From: Candidatus Cloacimonadales bacterium
GTDB lineage: Bacteria > Cloacimonadota > Cloacimonadia > Cloacimonadales > JAIOQZ01
Direction of reading: 5' to 3'
Length of the DNA stretch: 64,000 bases
Assembly (NCBI GenBank): GCA_963674825.1
Contig: OY771587.1
Coordinates: forward strand, 3,808,001 to 3,872,000
Shown: piece after piece, positions 8,782 through 18,829 of the stretch
Position numbering within the stretch: position 1 is the stretch's first letter
Layout: each line of letters starts with the position of its first letter
Notes under the pieces: model-generated
The model's input: the letters and a program-made list of their open reading frames with translations, nothing else
Told to the model about the DNA's origin: nothing
The model's database searches: none
Translations under genes and position numbers: made by a program

Positions 8782-10242
8782 CTACAGGTTCTTCAGCAAG
8801 CCGGTACGATCGTTGAATTGCTCGATCATCTCATCCCATTCATCCACGCGAGCATACTGCGACTGCCAGTAATCGTCGTCAAACCACTGCGCGTTGATTT
8901 CCTCGACCGTTTTTCCCTGCTGCTCCACCCATGTGAAGTACTTAAGGTTATGCATCCGCTTGCGATCATAGTGACCAAGCTCCTGCATCCAGTCGATAGA
9001 CTGCCCGATCAGGCTACGTTCGAAATCGACATTCGCGTTGGTTTCGGTGTACTCGCCATGTTTCTGGTGCTCCTGTTTGAGGCGCGAGCCATACATTTCC
9101 ATGCTGTCCGTCGCGACGGTGAACATAGCGTCGTTCTCGTTCATCTCATAGTACTTCGCCATCTTGATCGCACCAAGAATGTTGGCGATCGATGAGATAC
9201 CGAAGACGTTCAGCATGTTGATCAACATCGGATCGATCCCCTTCTGCTTGAGCAGCGCATGGCCGTCCGGTTCGTTGAAGAGACGCATCAGGCGGATGGT
9301 ATCGTCGTCATCGATATCCACTACCATGTCGGTGTTTTTCAAGTTGTGGATCCACGGTACATGCTTATCGCCAATACCCTCGATGCGATGTCCGCCATAG
9401 CCGTTGTACAGCAATGTCGGGCACTGCATGGCCTCACCGGCACCCACCTTGATGGTCGGAAATACGGTCTTGAGATAATCCGCGCTGCCAAGCGTTCCAG
9501 CGGAACCCTGCGTGAGGAAGATTCCCGAGAATCTCGCCTTCGGGCCGCAATTCTGATGGAAAACCTCTTCCATCGCGCGTCCTGTCACATGGTAATGCCA
9601 CATGGAGTTACCGATTTCCTCAAACTGGTTCAGCACCACGATCTCGTCGCCGCGCTCAGCTTTGAGCTGCTTGGTCTTGTCGTAAATCTCCTTCACGTTG
9701 CTCTCGCAACCCGGAGTTTTGATAACTTCGGAGCCCACTTTATGCAGCCATTCGAAGCGTTCTTCCGACATCTCCTCCGGCAACACCGCGATAGAATGAC
9801 AGCCCAGAAGATAGGAATCGTACGCTCCACCGCGGCAATAGTTACCCGTTGAAGGCCAAAGCGCTTTCTGCGTGGTGGGATCGAAACGGCCGGTCACCAG
9901 TTTTTCCACCAGTGGACCAAACGTCGCGCCAACCTTGTGCGCACCCGTCGGGAAGAACTTACCCAGCAGGATGAAAATACGAGCTTTCACACCGGTCAAT
10001 TCGCTCGGAAGCTCCAGATAGTTCACGTTACCGAAGCCACCGCCGAATTTAATCGGCTCATTCTTCCAGGTGATGCGGAAAAGATTGGTGGGATCGAGGT
10101 CCCAGAGTCCGAGATTTTGGAGCTTGCCTTTGATCTTCTGCGGGATCAGGCCCGGATCGATCATCTGTTTGTAGGTTGGAATGATGATGCCTCTCTGGCG
10201 GCACCTCTCCACTGTATTTTTTAGAACTTGTTCGTTATTCAT
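8782..10242 (-). CDS. PLP-dependent fold-type II enzyme (cysteine synthase/tryptophan synthase beta superfamily)
   Basis: GAHKVGA Schiff-base Lys, STGNY, NQF, GSAGT and HRIEGIG motifs. Confidence 0.85.
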   Translation of the reverse strand: MNNEQVLKNTVERCRQRGIIIPTYKQMIDPGLIPQKIKGKLQNLGLWDLDPTNLFRITWKNEPIKFGGGFGNVNYLELPSELTGVKARIFILLGKFFPTGAHKVGATFGPLVEKLVTGRFDPTTQKALWPSTGNYCRGGAYDSYLLGCHSIAVLPEEMSEERFEWLHKVGSEVIKTPGCESNVKEIYDKTKQLKAERGDEIVVLNQFEEIGNSMWHYHVTGRAMEEVFHQNCGPKARFSGIFLTQGSAGTLGSADYLKTVFPTIKVGAGEAMQCPTLLYNGYGGHRIEGIGDKHVPWIHNLKNTDMVVDIDDDDTIRLMRLFNEPDGHALLKQKGIDPMLINMLNVFGISSIANILGAIKMAKYYEMNENDAMFTVATDSMEMYGSRLKQEHQKHGEYTETNANVDFERSLIGQSIDWMQELGHYDRKRMHNLKYFTWVEQQGKTVEEINAQWFDDDYWQSQYARVDEWDEMIEQFNDRTGLLKNL

Positions 10243-10301
10243 CGCGTTCTCCAGTTTCGTTTTTTGAGTAACAGGCAATATTCCGAAACCGTTCAACTTT
10301 G

Positions 10302-11795
10302 TCAATCTTCTTCGATTTCTTCAGCTTCCGTTTCTTCCAGCATCTTGTTATCGAGCTGCTTCGTTGTCTTGAGACCAAGTTTTTTCAGCCGCTCGGTTCT
10401 ACCTACGAGATTACCCTTGCCGGTCGAAAGCTTCTTCATCGCCTGTTGATATGCTTCGTCCGTCCGCTTGATATGCTTTTCTATATTCTGCAATTCATCC
10501 ACGAACAGTACGAACTTGTCGTAAAGGTCACCGCCTTGACGCGCGATCTCCATAGCGTTCTTGGTCTGGTTCTCCTGCCGCCACGTGTGTGCAACCGTAA
10601 GAAGCGTTGCCAGTAGCGTGCTCGGACTGACGATCACGATCTTTTTCTTCAGCCCTTCATCGAAAAGACTGCTGTCCGGCTGAAAGATATACGGCGAAAC
10701 ACCTTCGATCGGTATAAACATCAGCACGAACGCTGGCGTGTTGAGTCCCTTGAGCTGCTCGTAATGTTTATCATGAAGCTCGTTGATGTGCTTCCTCACC
10801 GAAAGCTGTAAGTCCTTCTGATGTTGATCGCGTTTGTCCGGATCATCCTCGGCTGTAAGCCGTTCGTACGCTACCAAACTAACCTTGGAATCGATAATCA
10901 GGTGCTTTTCTTCTGGAAGCTTCACGATGTAGTCTGGACGTTGCTGCGAACCTTCTTCGCTGTGCAGATCCATGGCTTTACCTTGCGCTACGTACTCGAT
11001 TCCCTCGCGAAGGCCGGAGCTTTCCAGGATACGCTTCAGGATCACCTCTCCCCAATTGCCCATCACCTTGACATCGCCCTTGAGCGCTTTTGTCAGATTA
11101 TGCGCCTCTTCGGACATCTTGTTGTTGAGCTCGCGCAGACTCTTGATCTGCTGAACCAGCGTCGCGTTGCGGTCGATGTGATCCTTATTGGTCTCCTCGA
11201 TGCGACTCTCGAACTTAGTGATGTTCTCGCGCAGCGGCTTGAGAATCTCTTCCAGTTTGTTTCGGTTCTGCTCGGTGAACTTGGTGCTCTTCTCCTCGAA
11301 GATTCGGTTCGCAAGATTCTCGAAAGTCTCCTTGAACTTCTCCTGCATCTGCCGAAGCTCTTCTTTCTGCGTCTCAAGCTTCTCCAACAGCGCTTTCTGC
11401 TCCGCTTCCAGCGTGTTGTAAGCGATCTGCTGACGCTGCAAGCTTCCTTTCTCTTCATCCAGCGCTTTCTCGAGAGACGAGCTTCTGACGCTGACACGCT
11501 CGATTTCGTTGAGCAGCATTTCGCGCTCCTTCTCTAGCGCTGCAAGCTTCTGAGCACGTTCGGAAACCTGCTCTCGAAGCACTTCTATCTGTCCCTGGAA
11601 CTGAATCTGTTCGGTTTTCAGCAGACTATTTTCGGCTTCCAGCTTGCTCTTCTGATCTTGCAGAATCGCATGCCTCTGGCGCATCTCATCGCTACCTCCT
11701 GTCTTCTTGAGGATTACAATAAACAGCGCTGCGATCCCACCAATGATTATAACATAAAACAATGGTCCCAACAGCCAGCCGAAACCAAACATCAA
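10302..11795 (-). CDS. rmuC: DNA recombination protein RmuC
   Basis: N-terminal TM and coiled coil; GNWGE, RPD, IIDSKVSL, VLMFIPIE and SPSTLL motifs. Confidence 0.93.
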   Translation of the reverse strand: MMFGFGWLLGPLFYVIIIGGIAALFIVILKKTGGSDEMRQRHAILQDQKSKLEAENSLLKTEQIQFQGQIEVLREQVSERAQKLAALEKEREMLLNEIERVSVRSSSLEKALDEEKGSLQRQQIAYNTLEAEQKALLEKLETQKEELRQMQEKFKETFENLANRIFEEKSTKFTEQNRNKLEEILKPLRENITKFESRIEETNKDHIDRNATLVQQIKSLRELNNKMSEEAHNLTKALKGDVKVMGNWGEVILKRILESSGLREGIEYVAQGKAMDLHSEEGSQQRPDYIVKLPEEKHLIIDSKVSLVAYERLTAEDDPDKRDQHQKDLQLSVRKHINELHDKHYEQLKGLNTPAFVLMFIPIEGVSPYIFQPDSSLFDEGLKKKIVIVSPSTLLATLLTVAHTWRQENQTKNAMEIARQGGDLYDKFVLFVDELQNIEKHIKRTDEAYQQAMKKLSTGKGNLVGRTERLKKLGLKTTKQLDNKMLEETEAEEIEED

Positions 11796-12781
11796 ATCCG
11801 TCCCCCCATCACCAGCGCCATCAGGGCTTTCTGCGCGTGCAGACGGTTCTCAGCTTCCTGGAAAACTACCGAGTGCGGTCCGTCGATCACGGAGTCAGTC
11901 ACTTCACGGCCACGGTCGGCAGGCAGCGGATGCATATAAATGGAGTGCTTCTTCGTCAGCGACATCGCGCGGTCATCGCACACCCAACTCGGATATTTCT
12001 CGATCAGCGCCAGTCCTTCTTTCTGATCCTCAGTGTGGATAAGCGGACCCCACGACTTCGGAATCACGATGTCCGCGTCCCTGAAGGCGTCGTCGAACTC
12101 ATGCGATATCTCGAATTTCACGCCGGCTTCCTCGGCATTCTTCTTCGCCTGTGCCTCGATCTCGGGCATAAGCTTGAATTCCGGCGGATAGGCAAGCGTC
12201 ACATCGATGCCAAAGCGCGGCATCATGAGGATGAGGCTCTGCGGAACGGAAAGCGGACGGATATAGTTTGGCGCGCTTGTCCAGGCCACGCCGAGCTTGA
12301 GTCCACGGGTATTGGTGCCGAAGCGTTCTCGAATGGTCATGTAGTCGGCCAGGATCTGGCATGGATGGTAGATGTCACACTGCATGTTCAGCACCGGAAC
12401 GCTGGCTTCCTTGGCCATCTCGGTGATATACTGGTTGCCGACCTTGTAGTCGCAGTGGCGGATGGCGATGCCTTCGCCATAGGATGAGAGCACCTTCGCG
12501 GTGTCGCGGATGCTTTCGCCGTGGGAGATTTGCGTCTTCTCAGGTGAGAGGAAAATCGAGTGGCCGCCCAACTGGGTCATGCCGGTCTCAAATGAGTTTC
12601 GGGTGCGGGTTGACGAGAAGAAAAACAGCATGTAGAGCGTTTTATACATAAGAAGCGGATGGGGCTTGCCCAGCGCGTGATCCTTCTTGAGATCCGCGGC
12701 CACTTCCAGCACGGTATTCAGTTCATCGACCGTCCAGTCCTGGGTCGTAATGAAGTCTCTTCCTTTCAGATTGGTAATCAT
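11792..12781 (-). CDS. Carbamoyltransferase (OTC/ATC superfamily, YgeW-like knotted type)
   Basis: STRT, HPCQ, HPLP and QEAENR motifs; the W..AP.Y..PLSVPQ loop resembles YgeW rather than the SMG loop of ArgF. Confidence 0.8.
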   Translation of the reverse strand: MITNLKGRDFITTQDWTVDELNTVLEVAADLKKDHALGKPHPLLMYKTLYMLFFFSSTRTRNSFETGMTQLGGHSIFLSPEKTQISHGESIRDTAKVLSSYGEGIAIRHCDYKVGNQYITEMAKEASVPVLNMQCDIYHPCQILADYMTIRERFGTNTRGLKLGVAWTSAPNYIRPLSVPQSLILMMPRFGIDVTLAYPPEFKLMPEIEAQAKKNAEEAGVKFEISHEFDDAFRDADIVIPKSWGPLIHTEDQKEGLALIEKYPSWVCDDRAMSLTKKHSIYMHPLPADRGREVTDSVIDGPHSVVFQEAENRLHAQKALMALVMGGRI

Positions 12782-12912
12782 AGGTACCTCCAATTGATTT
12801 CAATTTCAGCATAAACTTGCAGATATCCCCGCTGCGGTCAAGAAAATACTTGCAACGAACACCAATTATAGCGATACTGGAAATTAGCGATTCTCAACAC
12901 AAGGAGTATTGG

Positions 12913-13578
12913 ATGTACGCGGTTCTAACAGGCGATATCGTTGGATCGTCAAAAATGAGCGATGAGCTGCGCGAACAGACGTTCTCGCGCATTCGACAGC
13001 AACTGGAATTCATCCAGCAGGGAAAGACCGCCTTCCCACTCAGCATCTACCGCGGCGATAGCTGGCAGATCCTGCTCGATGACCCTAAAGACGCGCTGCG
13101 TCTTACCCTCCTGATCCGTACTGCGCTGCTGATGGGCAATTACGATGGCAAAGATCGCGCCGATACGCGCGTCTCGATCGGCATCGGGAGCGTCGATAAG
13201 ATCGACCCGGAAGATATCAGCCTCAGCTACGGTGAAGCCTTTACCCTATCGGGACATGGCCTCGAAGCGTTGAAAAAGAAACAGCGCATGGCCTTTGCTG
13301 CACCCTCGCTTGACCAGGGAGATTGCATCGCCGGCGCTGTAATACCACTGCTTGATGCCTTGATCGATAAAATTACCGCCAAGCAGGCTCGCGCGATGAA
13401 TGGGGAGCTACAGGGGAAATCACTTGAAGTAAATGCAGAGCATATTACATCATCGGGAAATCCGATCACAAAGCAAGGAGTTTGGCAGCACTTGCAGCGA
13501 ATCCATAGCAATACAATCATGGATGTTATCAGTAGTTTGTCCGACTATATTAATGGAATTAATACAAGCATACCGTAA
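12913..13578 (+). CDS. SatD-family protein (nucleotidyl-cyclase-like domain + C-terminal HTH)
   Basis: AGGAG RBS; YAVLTGDIVGS, YRGDSWQ, RVSIGIG and GEAF..SG motifs; C-terminal ITKQGVWQHL helix. Confidence 0.8.
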   Translation: MYAVLTGDIVGSSKMSDELREQTFSRIRQQLEFIQQGKTAFPLSIYRGDSWQILLDDPKDALRLTLLIRTALLMGNYDGKDRADTRVSIGIGSVDKIDPEDISLSYGEAFTLSGHGLEALKKKQRMAFAAPSLDQGDCIAGAVIPLLDALIDKITAKQARAMNGELQGKSLEVNAEHITSSGNPITKQGVWQHLQRIHSNTIMDVISSLSDYINGINTSIP

Positions 13579-13709
13579 ATCTCATGGGGTTGATTTCATC
13601 GATTTCAATCTTCCAGCATTGACGAAGTGTTTGCCGGAATGGGGCGCAATAACATAAAAACAACCATCGGAATTACAGAGCATTCCATAAGTGATCCTTA
13701 ATAATTATA

Positions 13710-13754
13710 ATGATGTACATACCCATATACATCGTATATGGGTATGTACATCAT
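13710..13754. repeat. Perfect 21-bp inverted repeat with 3-nt centre
   Basis: ATGATGTACATACCCATATAC-atc-GTATATGGGTATGTACATCAT. Confidence 0.97.
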
Positions 13755-13769
13755 AGAGGTAACAGCTAT

Positions 13770-14492
13770 ATGATCCAGTATTTCATCATGCTTATCTGCG
13801 CGCACATGCTGGCGGATTTTCCGCTCCAGACCAACTGGATCGCGCGGCAGAAGAAACGGGTTATCGTATCGATCACACACGCCGTTATCCACATCGCGAC
13901 CACGTTGGCTGTTATTTCGTTGACCGGTTGGAAGATCCCATCGCTGACGATAATCGCGATTGCAGTAGGCATCGGTATCCTGCATAGCATTATCGACCTC
14001 ATCAAGGTTTACTGTTTCGAGGATCACCTCAACTCCTTCCTGATCGACCAGATCGCCCATATCGGCGTGTTGTTACCGGTTGCCTTCCTGATGCAACGAC
14101 AATCTGCGATTTCCTACCACCCGGTTGTCGCTCACATCGTCATTTATATCACCGGTTTTTTTGTTATCTGGAATACGGCGAGCCATTTCATCGACCGATT
14201 CGTTGCTAAGTACTTACCATCTCAGGATAAACAACCGAAGCACACCATTTCCAGCCATAACCAGGCAAGCGACTGGATCGGCAAGTTCGAGCGCATCCTC
14301 GCTTTCGGCTTCATCCTGATGGGTTATCCGGAAGGCATTGGATTCATCATTGCAGGTAAATCGATCCTGCGTTTTCAGGATGCAAAAAAAGAAAAGATGT
14401 CCGAATATATTTTGATCGGTACATTGTTAAGCTTAACAATCGCTATCGGTGTCACGTATCTATGTAGATACACAACAACGCTGTTCAAGTAG
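13770..14492 (+). CDS. DUF3307-family integral membrane protein (SatE-like)
   Basis: HMLADFPLQ, H..IH, HSIID, DQIAH, WIGKFER, GKSILRF and EYILIGTLLS motifs; multiple TM helices; GAGG RBS. Confidence 0.85.
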   Translation: MIQYFIMLICAHMLADFPLQTNWIARQKKRVIVSITHAVIHIATTLAVISLTGWKIPSLTIIAIAVGIGILHSIIDLIKVYCFEDHLNSFLIDQIAHIGVLLPVAFLMQRQSAISYHPVVAHIVIYITGFFVIWNTASHFIDRFVAKYLPSQDKQPKHTISSHNQASDWIGKFERILAFGFILMGYPEGIGFIIAGKSILRFQDAKKEKMSEYILIGTLLSLTIAIGVTYLCRYTTTLFK

Positions 14493-14515
14493 AGCAATTC
14501 AAGAAAGGATCATAC

Positions 14516-15331
14516 ATGGAAACACCCGTTTTCGATATATTGGAACAGGCAGCGCAGAACCGCTTTAAAGGCGTTCCGTTCGTGATGGTAACGGTCGTGC
14601 AGGCGATCGAAAGCACGCCCGGAAGATCCGGCTTCAAGATGCTCGTCTACGCCGACGGCAGAAGCGAAGGGACCGTCGGAGGTGGCAGCATAGAGCGACG
14701 AGCGCACGAGAAAGCGCTTCAAATCCATCAGTCAGGAAGCAACGAACTTGTCGCCTACACCCTCACAGAGGAAGAGATGGGTATGATGTGCGGTGGCGAG
14801 GCGAAGCTCTTCTTCGAGTATTTCGCACCGCGGAAACGCGCGTTCATGTTCGGCGCGGGGCACCTCGGACGCAGCATCGCGCCGCTACTGAAATCACTCG
14901 ACTTCCATCTGGTTATTATTGATGACCGCAAAGAGGCAGCCACCCGTGAGAATGTCCCCGAGGGCGATGAATTCTACGGCATGCCCTACGAAGATTATTT
15001 GCCAGGCTTCCGTCCGGGAAAAGAAGACGCAGTGATCATCTTCACACATGGCCATGTGCACGATTATACCGTATTGGATGCAGTCTGCAAGTTGGGTGTC
15101 GAAGTGAAATACATCGGGATGATCGGATCCAGACGAAAATCGAAAGCGACGCTGGATCGTATCAGAGAAAGCAGATACAAAGGTAATCTTGTTGAAAAGG
15201 TATTTGCGCCGATCGGCCTCAATATTGGCAAAACGACAACGCAACAGATTTCGATCGCGATTGTTGCCGAAATCCTGATGGTTTACAATGGAGTGGAAAA
15301 GCTTGTATCGATGCGGGATTACTCGAAGTAG
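14516..15331 (+). CDS. xdhC: XdhC/CoxI-family molybdoenzyme maturation factor
   Basis: STP...G.KM, GTVGGG, MMCGG, GAGH, YIGMIGSRRK and APIGL motifs. Confidence 0.9.
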   Translation: METPVFDILEQAAQNRFKGVPFVMVTVVQAIESTPGRSGFKMLVYADGRSEGTVGGGSIERRAHEKALQIHQSGSNELVAYTLTEEEMGMMCGGEAKLFFEYFAPRKRAFMFGAGHLGRSIAPLLKSLDFHLVIIDDRKEAATRENVPEGDEFYGMPYEDYLPGFRPGKEDAVIIFTHGHVHDYTVLDAVCKLGVEVKYIGMIGSRRKSKATLDRIRESRYKGNLVEKVFAPIGLNIGKTTTQQISIAIVAEILMVYNGVEKLVSMRDYSK

Positions 15332-16590
15332 AAGATAGCCCGAACCGGATCGACGCGTGAAGCCTTGATAGCTGGATATAGCGCTGAGATCAACCCGATG
15401 AATATAGCAAAACCGAATCCGAGAAGGATACCTTCAATTGGAATCGGTACGCGCATCCTCATAACAACACTCAAGATACTCACGAGACCTGTCGCGATAA
15501 TAACTCCGAAAGCTGCGGCGAGTGTTGCCAAAGTAAGTGCTTCAATGATGAAGTAAGAGAAGATATCGAATTCTTTTGCTCCGACACTTTTACGAATACC
15601 TATCTCAAGCATTTTCTCATTAATCGATATCAAAAGCGTACTGAACAAACCAATTCCGCCAACGATGAGTGAGATTGACGCGATCGATGAGAGAACAATG
15701 TTCCAGGTTTTCATGAACTTCTCGATTTCTTCAGTAATCTTTCCAATAAAGCTACCGACGTCGTTAAAGGCAAAGTCATGCGCCATGGAATGGCTTGCGA
15801 GAAGTGTCTGATATACGCGCGTCTTCATAACGTCGTAGTCTTGATCCTTACGTGCCTGGATATAGATATTGTCGAGAGCATTGTTCTGCCGGAGTAGCTG
15901 CGCACCGGTAGAAAGCGGGATATACACAGCCCGTAGATCCCACTGGCGGTCCCAAGGATTCATTTGTGCCCGGCCGGATTTATTCAGGATGTCTTCGTCG
16001 AGCACACCAATGATCTGATAGCGATTGCCGCCAATGGTAATGGTCTTGTTTATCGGCTCGCCGTTTGCAAAGTGTCGCTGATAGAAATGATAGCCGAGGA
16101 TGCAGACCCTCGCTTTGTTCTTTGCTTCGAAAGAACTGAAATAACGGCCTTCTTTGAGCACATATGTCTTGTTCTCGAAGAAGTCGTTGTTGGTTGCGGA
16201 AACACGAACCCAGTTTCGGTTCTCGCCGTTTTGGAACTGTTGCCACTGGTCGATCTTACCGTAAATATTCTCGTGTTCGACCTCTTTCTTCAAGAGAAGA
16301 TAGTCGTCGTACGAAAGTGGCCGTGGTCGTCGCTGGATGTACATGAATCGTCCGCGTCGCCGATTGTTCTGGTTTGCGTTACCGTTAGCGGAAGGATAGA
16401 TCGCAATGGATCGATCCCAACCCATTGATTCCATACGGTTCATGATCATCAGCTTTATCCCGCTGACAGAAGAGAACATAGCCACAACCGCCGCGACACC
16501 AATCGTGATACCGATCAGGGTCAGCAGCGAGCGTCGCTTGTGATTCCAGATGCTCTGAAACGAGCTTCCGATACTATCACCCAGATGCAT
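15319..16590 (-). CDS. ABC transporter permease (MacB/FtsX family)
   Basis: RSLLTLIGITIGV, ISLIVGGIG, EIGIRKSVGA and YPAIKASRVDPV motifs. Confidence 0.9.
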   Translation of the reverse strand: MHLGDSIGSSFQSIWNHKRRSLLTLIGITIGVAAVVAMFSSVSGIKLMIMNRMESMGWDRSIAIYPSANGNANQNNRRRGRFMYIQRRPRPLSYDDYLLLKKEVEHENIYGKIDQWQQFQNGENRNWVRVSATNNDFFENKTYVLKEGRYFSSFEAKNKARVCILGYHFYQRHFANGEPINKTITIGGNRYQIIGVLDEDILNKSGRAQMNPWDRQWDLRAVYIPLSTGAQLLRQNNALDNIYIQARKDQDYDVMKTRVYQTLLASHSMAHDFAFNDVGSFIGKITEEIEKFMKTWNIVLSSIASISLIVGGIGLFSTLLISINEKMLEIGIRKSVGAKEFDIFSYFIIEALTLATLAAAFGVIIATGLVSILSVVMRMRVPIPIEGILLGFGFAIFIGLISALYPAIKASRVDPVRAIFYFE

Positions 16591-18805
16591 TTCCGGTCTT
16601 CGCCTTGCACTTCGGGCATTGCAGCCACTTCTCGCCATCACGTCCAAAGTGTTCTTCAAGATATTCGTTACCGCATTCGGAGCACTTCTTGTTCACCGGC
16701 TTGTAGCGGCTGATGTAATCACAATCCGGGTATTTCGAGCAACCGAAGAAAGACTTCCCGCGCTTATCCTTGCGCTCCACCACGTCGCCATCACCGCACT
16801 TAGGGCATTTGATGCCGAGTGAGAACGGTTTGGTGAATTTGCACTTGGGGTAGTTCGTGCAGGCGATGAACTTGCCGAAACGACCGTTCTTGATGGTGAG
16901 ATCGGATCCGCACTGCGGGCACTTCTCATCGATATGTTCAGGCTCTTCGACGTGGATTGTTCCGTCTTCATCGCGCTTGAAGTTCTTGATATTCTTGCAT
17001 TCCGGGTAATTCGAGCAACCCAGGAACTGGCCGCTCTTGGCCCAGCGAACGATCATGTTGTGTCCGCATTTCTCACACTTGATATCCGTCTCTTCTTGTG
17101 CCTCTTTCTTGGATTGCTTGTAATCGATGGTTTCAAGCTTGTCTGCAATACTCTTATAATAGTCGTCCAAAATCGAATTCCATGGCATTTCACCATATTC
17201 GACCTTGTCCAGGCTCTCTTCCATATCGGCTGTGAACTGGACATTGAAAAGCTCGTCGAAGTGCTTTACCAGGAAATCGTTAACCGTAACGCCGAGTGTG
17301 GTGGGAACGAACTTCTTGGTGTCGATCTTCACATACTTGCGTTCGAGAATCGTATTCGTAATAACGGCGTACGTAGAAGGCCGTCCGATACCCTTGGATT
17401 CCAGTTCCTTGATCAGCGACGCTTCCGAGAATCGTGACGGAGGTTTGGTGAAATGCTGGTTCTTCGTGAACTCGTCCATGCCGACAGCCGAGTTTTCCTG
17501 GTAGCCAGCGTCGATGTTTTCGCCGAGAATAACACGCGTATGCGGGAAAGCTTCCAGGAAACCTTTGTGACGGATTGTACCGCCGCTTGCGGAGAAGACA
17601 CCCTTATCAACGCCAATCTCCATATTGACCGCGTCGATCCTGATCGGTGTCATTTGTGTCGCGACAAAGCGCTGCCAGATAAGCGTATAGAGCTTGAGCT
17701 GATCTTTCTCGAGCGACTTGGAAAGCTGCTCGGGAGTACGGAACGGATCGGTAGGACGAATCGCTTCATGCGCGTCCTGTGCCTTATTCTTGTTCTCGAA
17801 CTTCCGCACAGACTTGTGTAGCGATTCCTTGCCATAGCGATCTTTGATCAGATCGCGGCAGGCATCGATCGCGATGTCGGCGATACGGAGCGAGTCAGTA
17901 CGCATGTAGGAGATCAAACCGACGGTGTCACCGCCGATATCGATACCTTCATAAAGCTGTTGAGCGACCATCATCGTTTTCTTACCGCTGAAGCCCAGAA
18001 TGCGCGAAGCATCCTGCTGTAACGTACTGGTAATGTACGCCGGCTGAGGGTTGATCTTCTTCTCGGTGCGGTCGATCTTCTGAATGGTCCCAGGCTTCTT
18101 GTCGAGCGCATCAAACATTTTCTGCGCGTCTTCGGCCTTGATCATCTTCTGTTTCTTGCCGTCCCAGTGTGTAAGCGTTGCCTTGAATGGCGTCAGATCG
18201 TCCTTTGAGAAGATCGCGTCGAGGGTCCAGTACTCTTCCGGTACAAACGCCTTGATCTCCGCTTCCCGCTCGCAGATGAGCCGCAACGCTACTGATTGAA
18301 CGCGGCCAGCACTGAGCTTGGTAGTGATCACGCGCCACAGCACAGGGCTGATCTTGTAACCGACAATGCGGTCAAGAATTCGCCGTGCCTGCTGTGCATC
18401 GACTTTGTCTTTATCGATCTCGCCGGGGTGCTCCATCGCCTCCCTGATCGCGGTCTTGGTAATCTCATTGAACACGATTCGATAAACCGGCTTGTCCGCC
18501 GCTTCGCCCTTCAGTACTTCGAGGATATGCCACGCAATGGCTTCCCCTTCGCGGTCATGGTCTGATGCCAGATAAATCGCATCAGCTTCTTCCGCCGATT
18601 TTTTGAGGTCGTCGATGATCTTTTTCTTGGTTCGATCGACCACGTATTTGGGTTTGAATTCATGCTCCAGATCGACGCCCATGGAGCGCTTGGGAAGATC
18701 GCGCACATGGCCCATGGATGCCTTGACGTCGTACTTGAAATCGAGGAATTTGCCGATAGTCTTCGCTTTCGCGGGTGACTCGACAATGATAAGTCCTTTG
18801 CTCAT
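16577..18805 (-). CDS. topA: DNA topoisomerase I
   Basis: IVESPAKAK TOPRIM, D.DREGE, SAGRVQ, ISYMRTD catalytic Tyr and C-terminal Zn ribbons. Confidence 0.97.
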   Translation of the reverse strand: MSKGLIIVESPAKAKTIGKFLDFKYDVKASMGHVRDLPKRSMGVDLEHEFKPKYVVDRTKKKIIDDLKKSAEEADAIYLASDHDREGEAIAWHILEVLKGEAADKPVYRIVFNEITKTAIREAMEHPGEIDKDKVDAQQARRILDRIVGYKISPVLWRVITTKLSAGRVQSVALRLICEREAEIKAFVPEEYWTLDAIFSKDDLTPFKATLTHWDGKKQKMIKAEDAQKMFDALDKKPGTIQKIDRTEKKINPQPAYITSTLQQDASRILGFSGKKTMMVAQQLYEGIDIGGDTVGLISYMRTDSLRIADIAIDACRDLIKDRYGKESLHKSVRKFENKNKAQDAHEAIRPTDPFRTPEQLSKSLEKDQLKLYTLIWQRFVATQMTPIRIDAVNMEIGVDKGVFSASGGTIRHKGFLEAFPHTRVILGENIDAGYQENSAVGMDEFTKNQHFTKPPSRFSEASLIKELESKGIGRPSTYAVITNTILERKYVKIDTKKFVPTTLGVTVNDFLVKHFDELFNVQFTADMEESLDKVEYGEMPWNSILDDYYKSIADKLETIDYKQSKKEAQEETDIKCEKCGHNMIVRWAKSGQFLGCSNYPECKNIKNFKRDEDGTIHVEEPEHIDEKCPQCGSDLTIKNGRFGKFIACTNYPKCKFTKPFSLGIKCPKCGDGDVVERKDKRGKSFFGCSKYPDCDYISRYKPVNKKCSECGNEYLEEHFGRDGEKWLQCPKCKAKTGNASG

Positions 18806-18829
18806 AGTCTATTCCAAAATCCTGTAGTG

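Noticed and set aside
11792..12781. argF/pyrB assignment
   Set aside because: It lacks the OTC SMG/HCLP signature and shows a YgeW-type loop, so no symbol is given.
13710..13754. Protelomerase site or intrinsic terminator
   Set aside because: There is no telomere resolvase gene here and no U tract; it is kept only as an unexplained palindrome.
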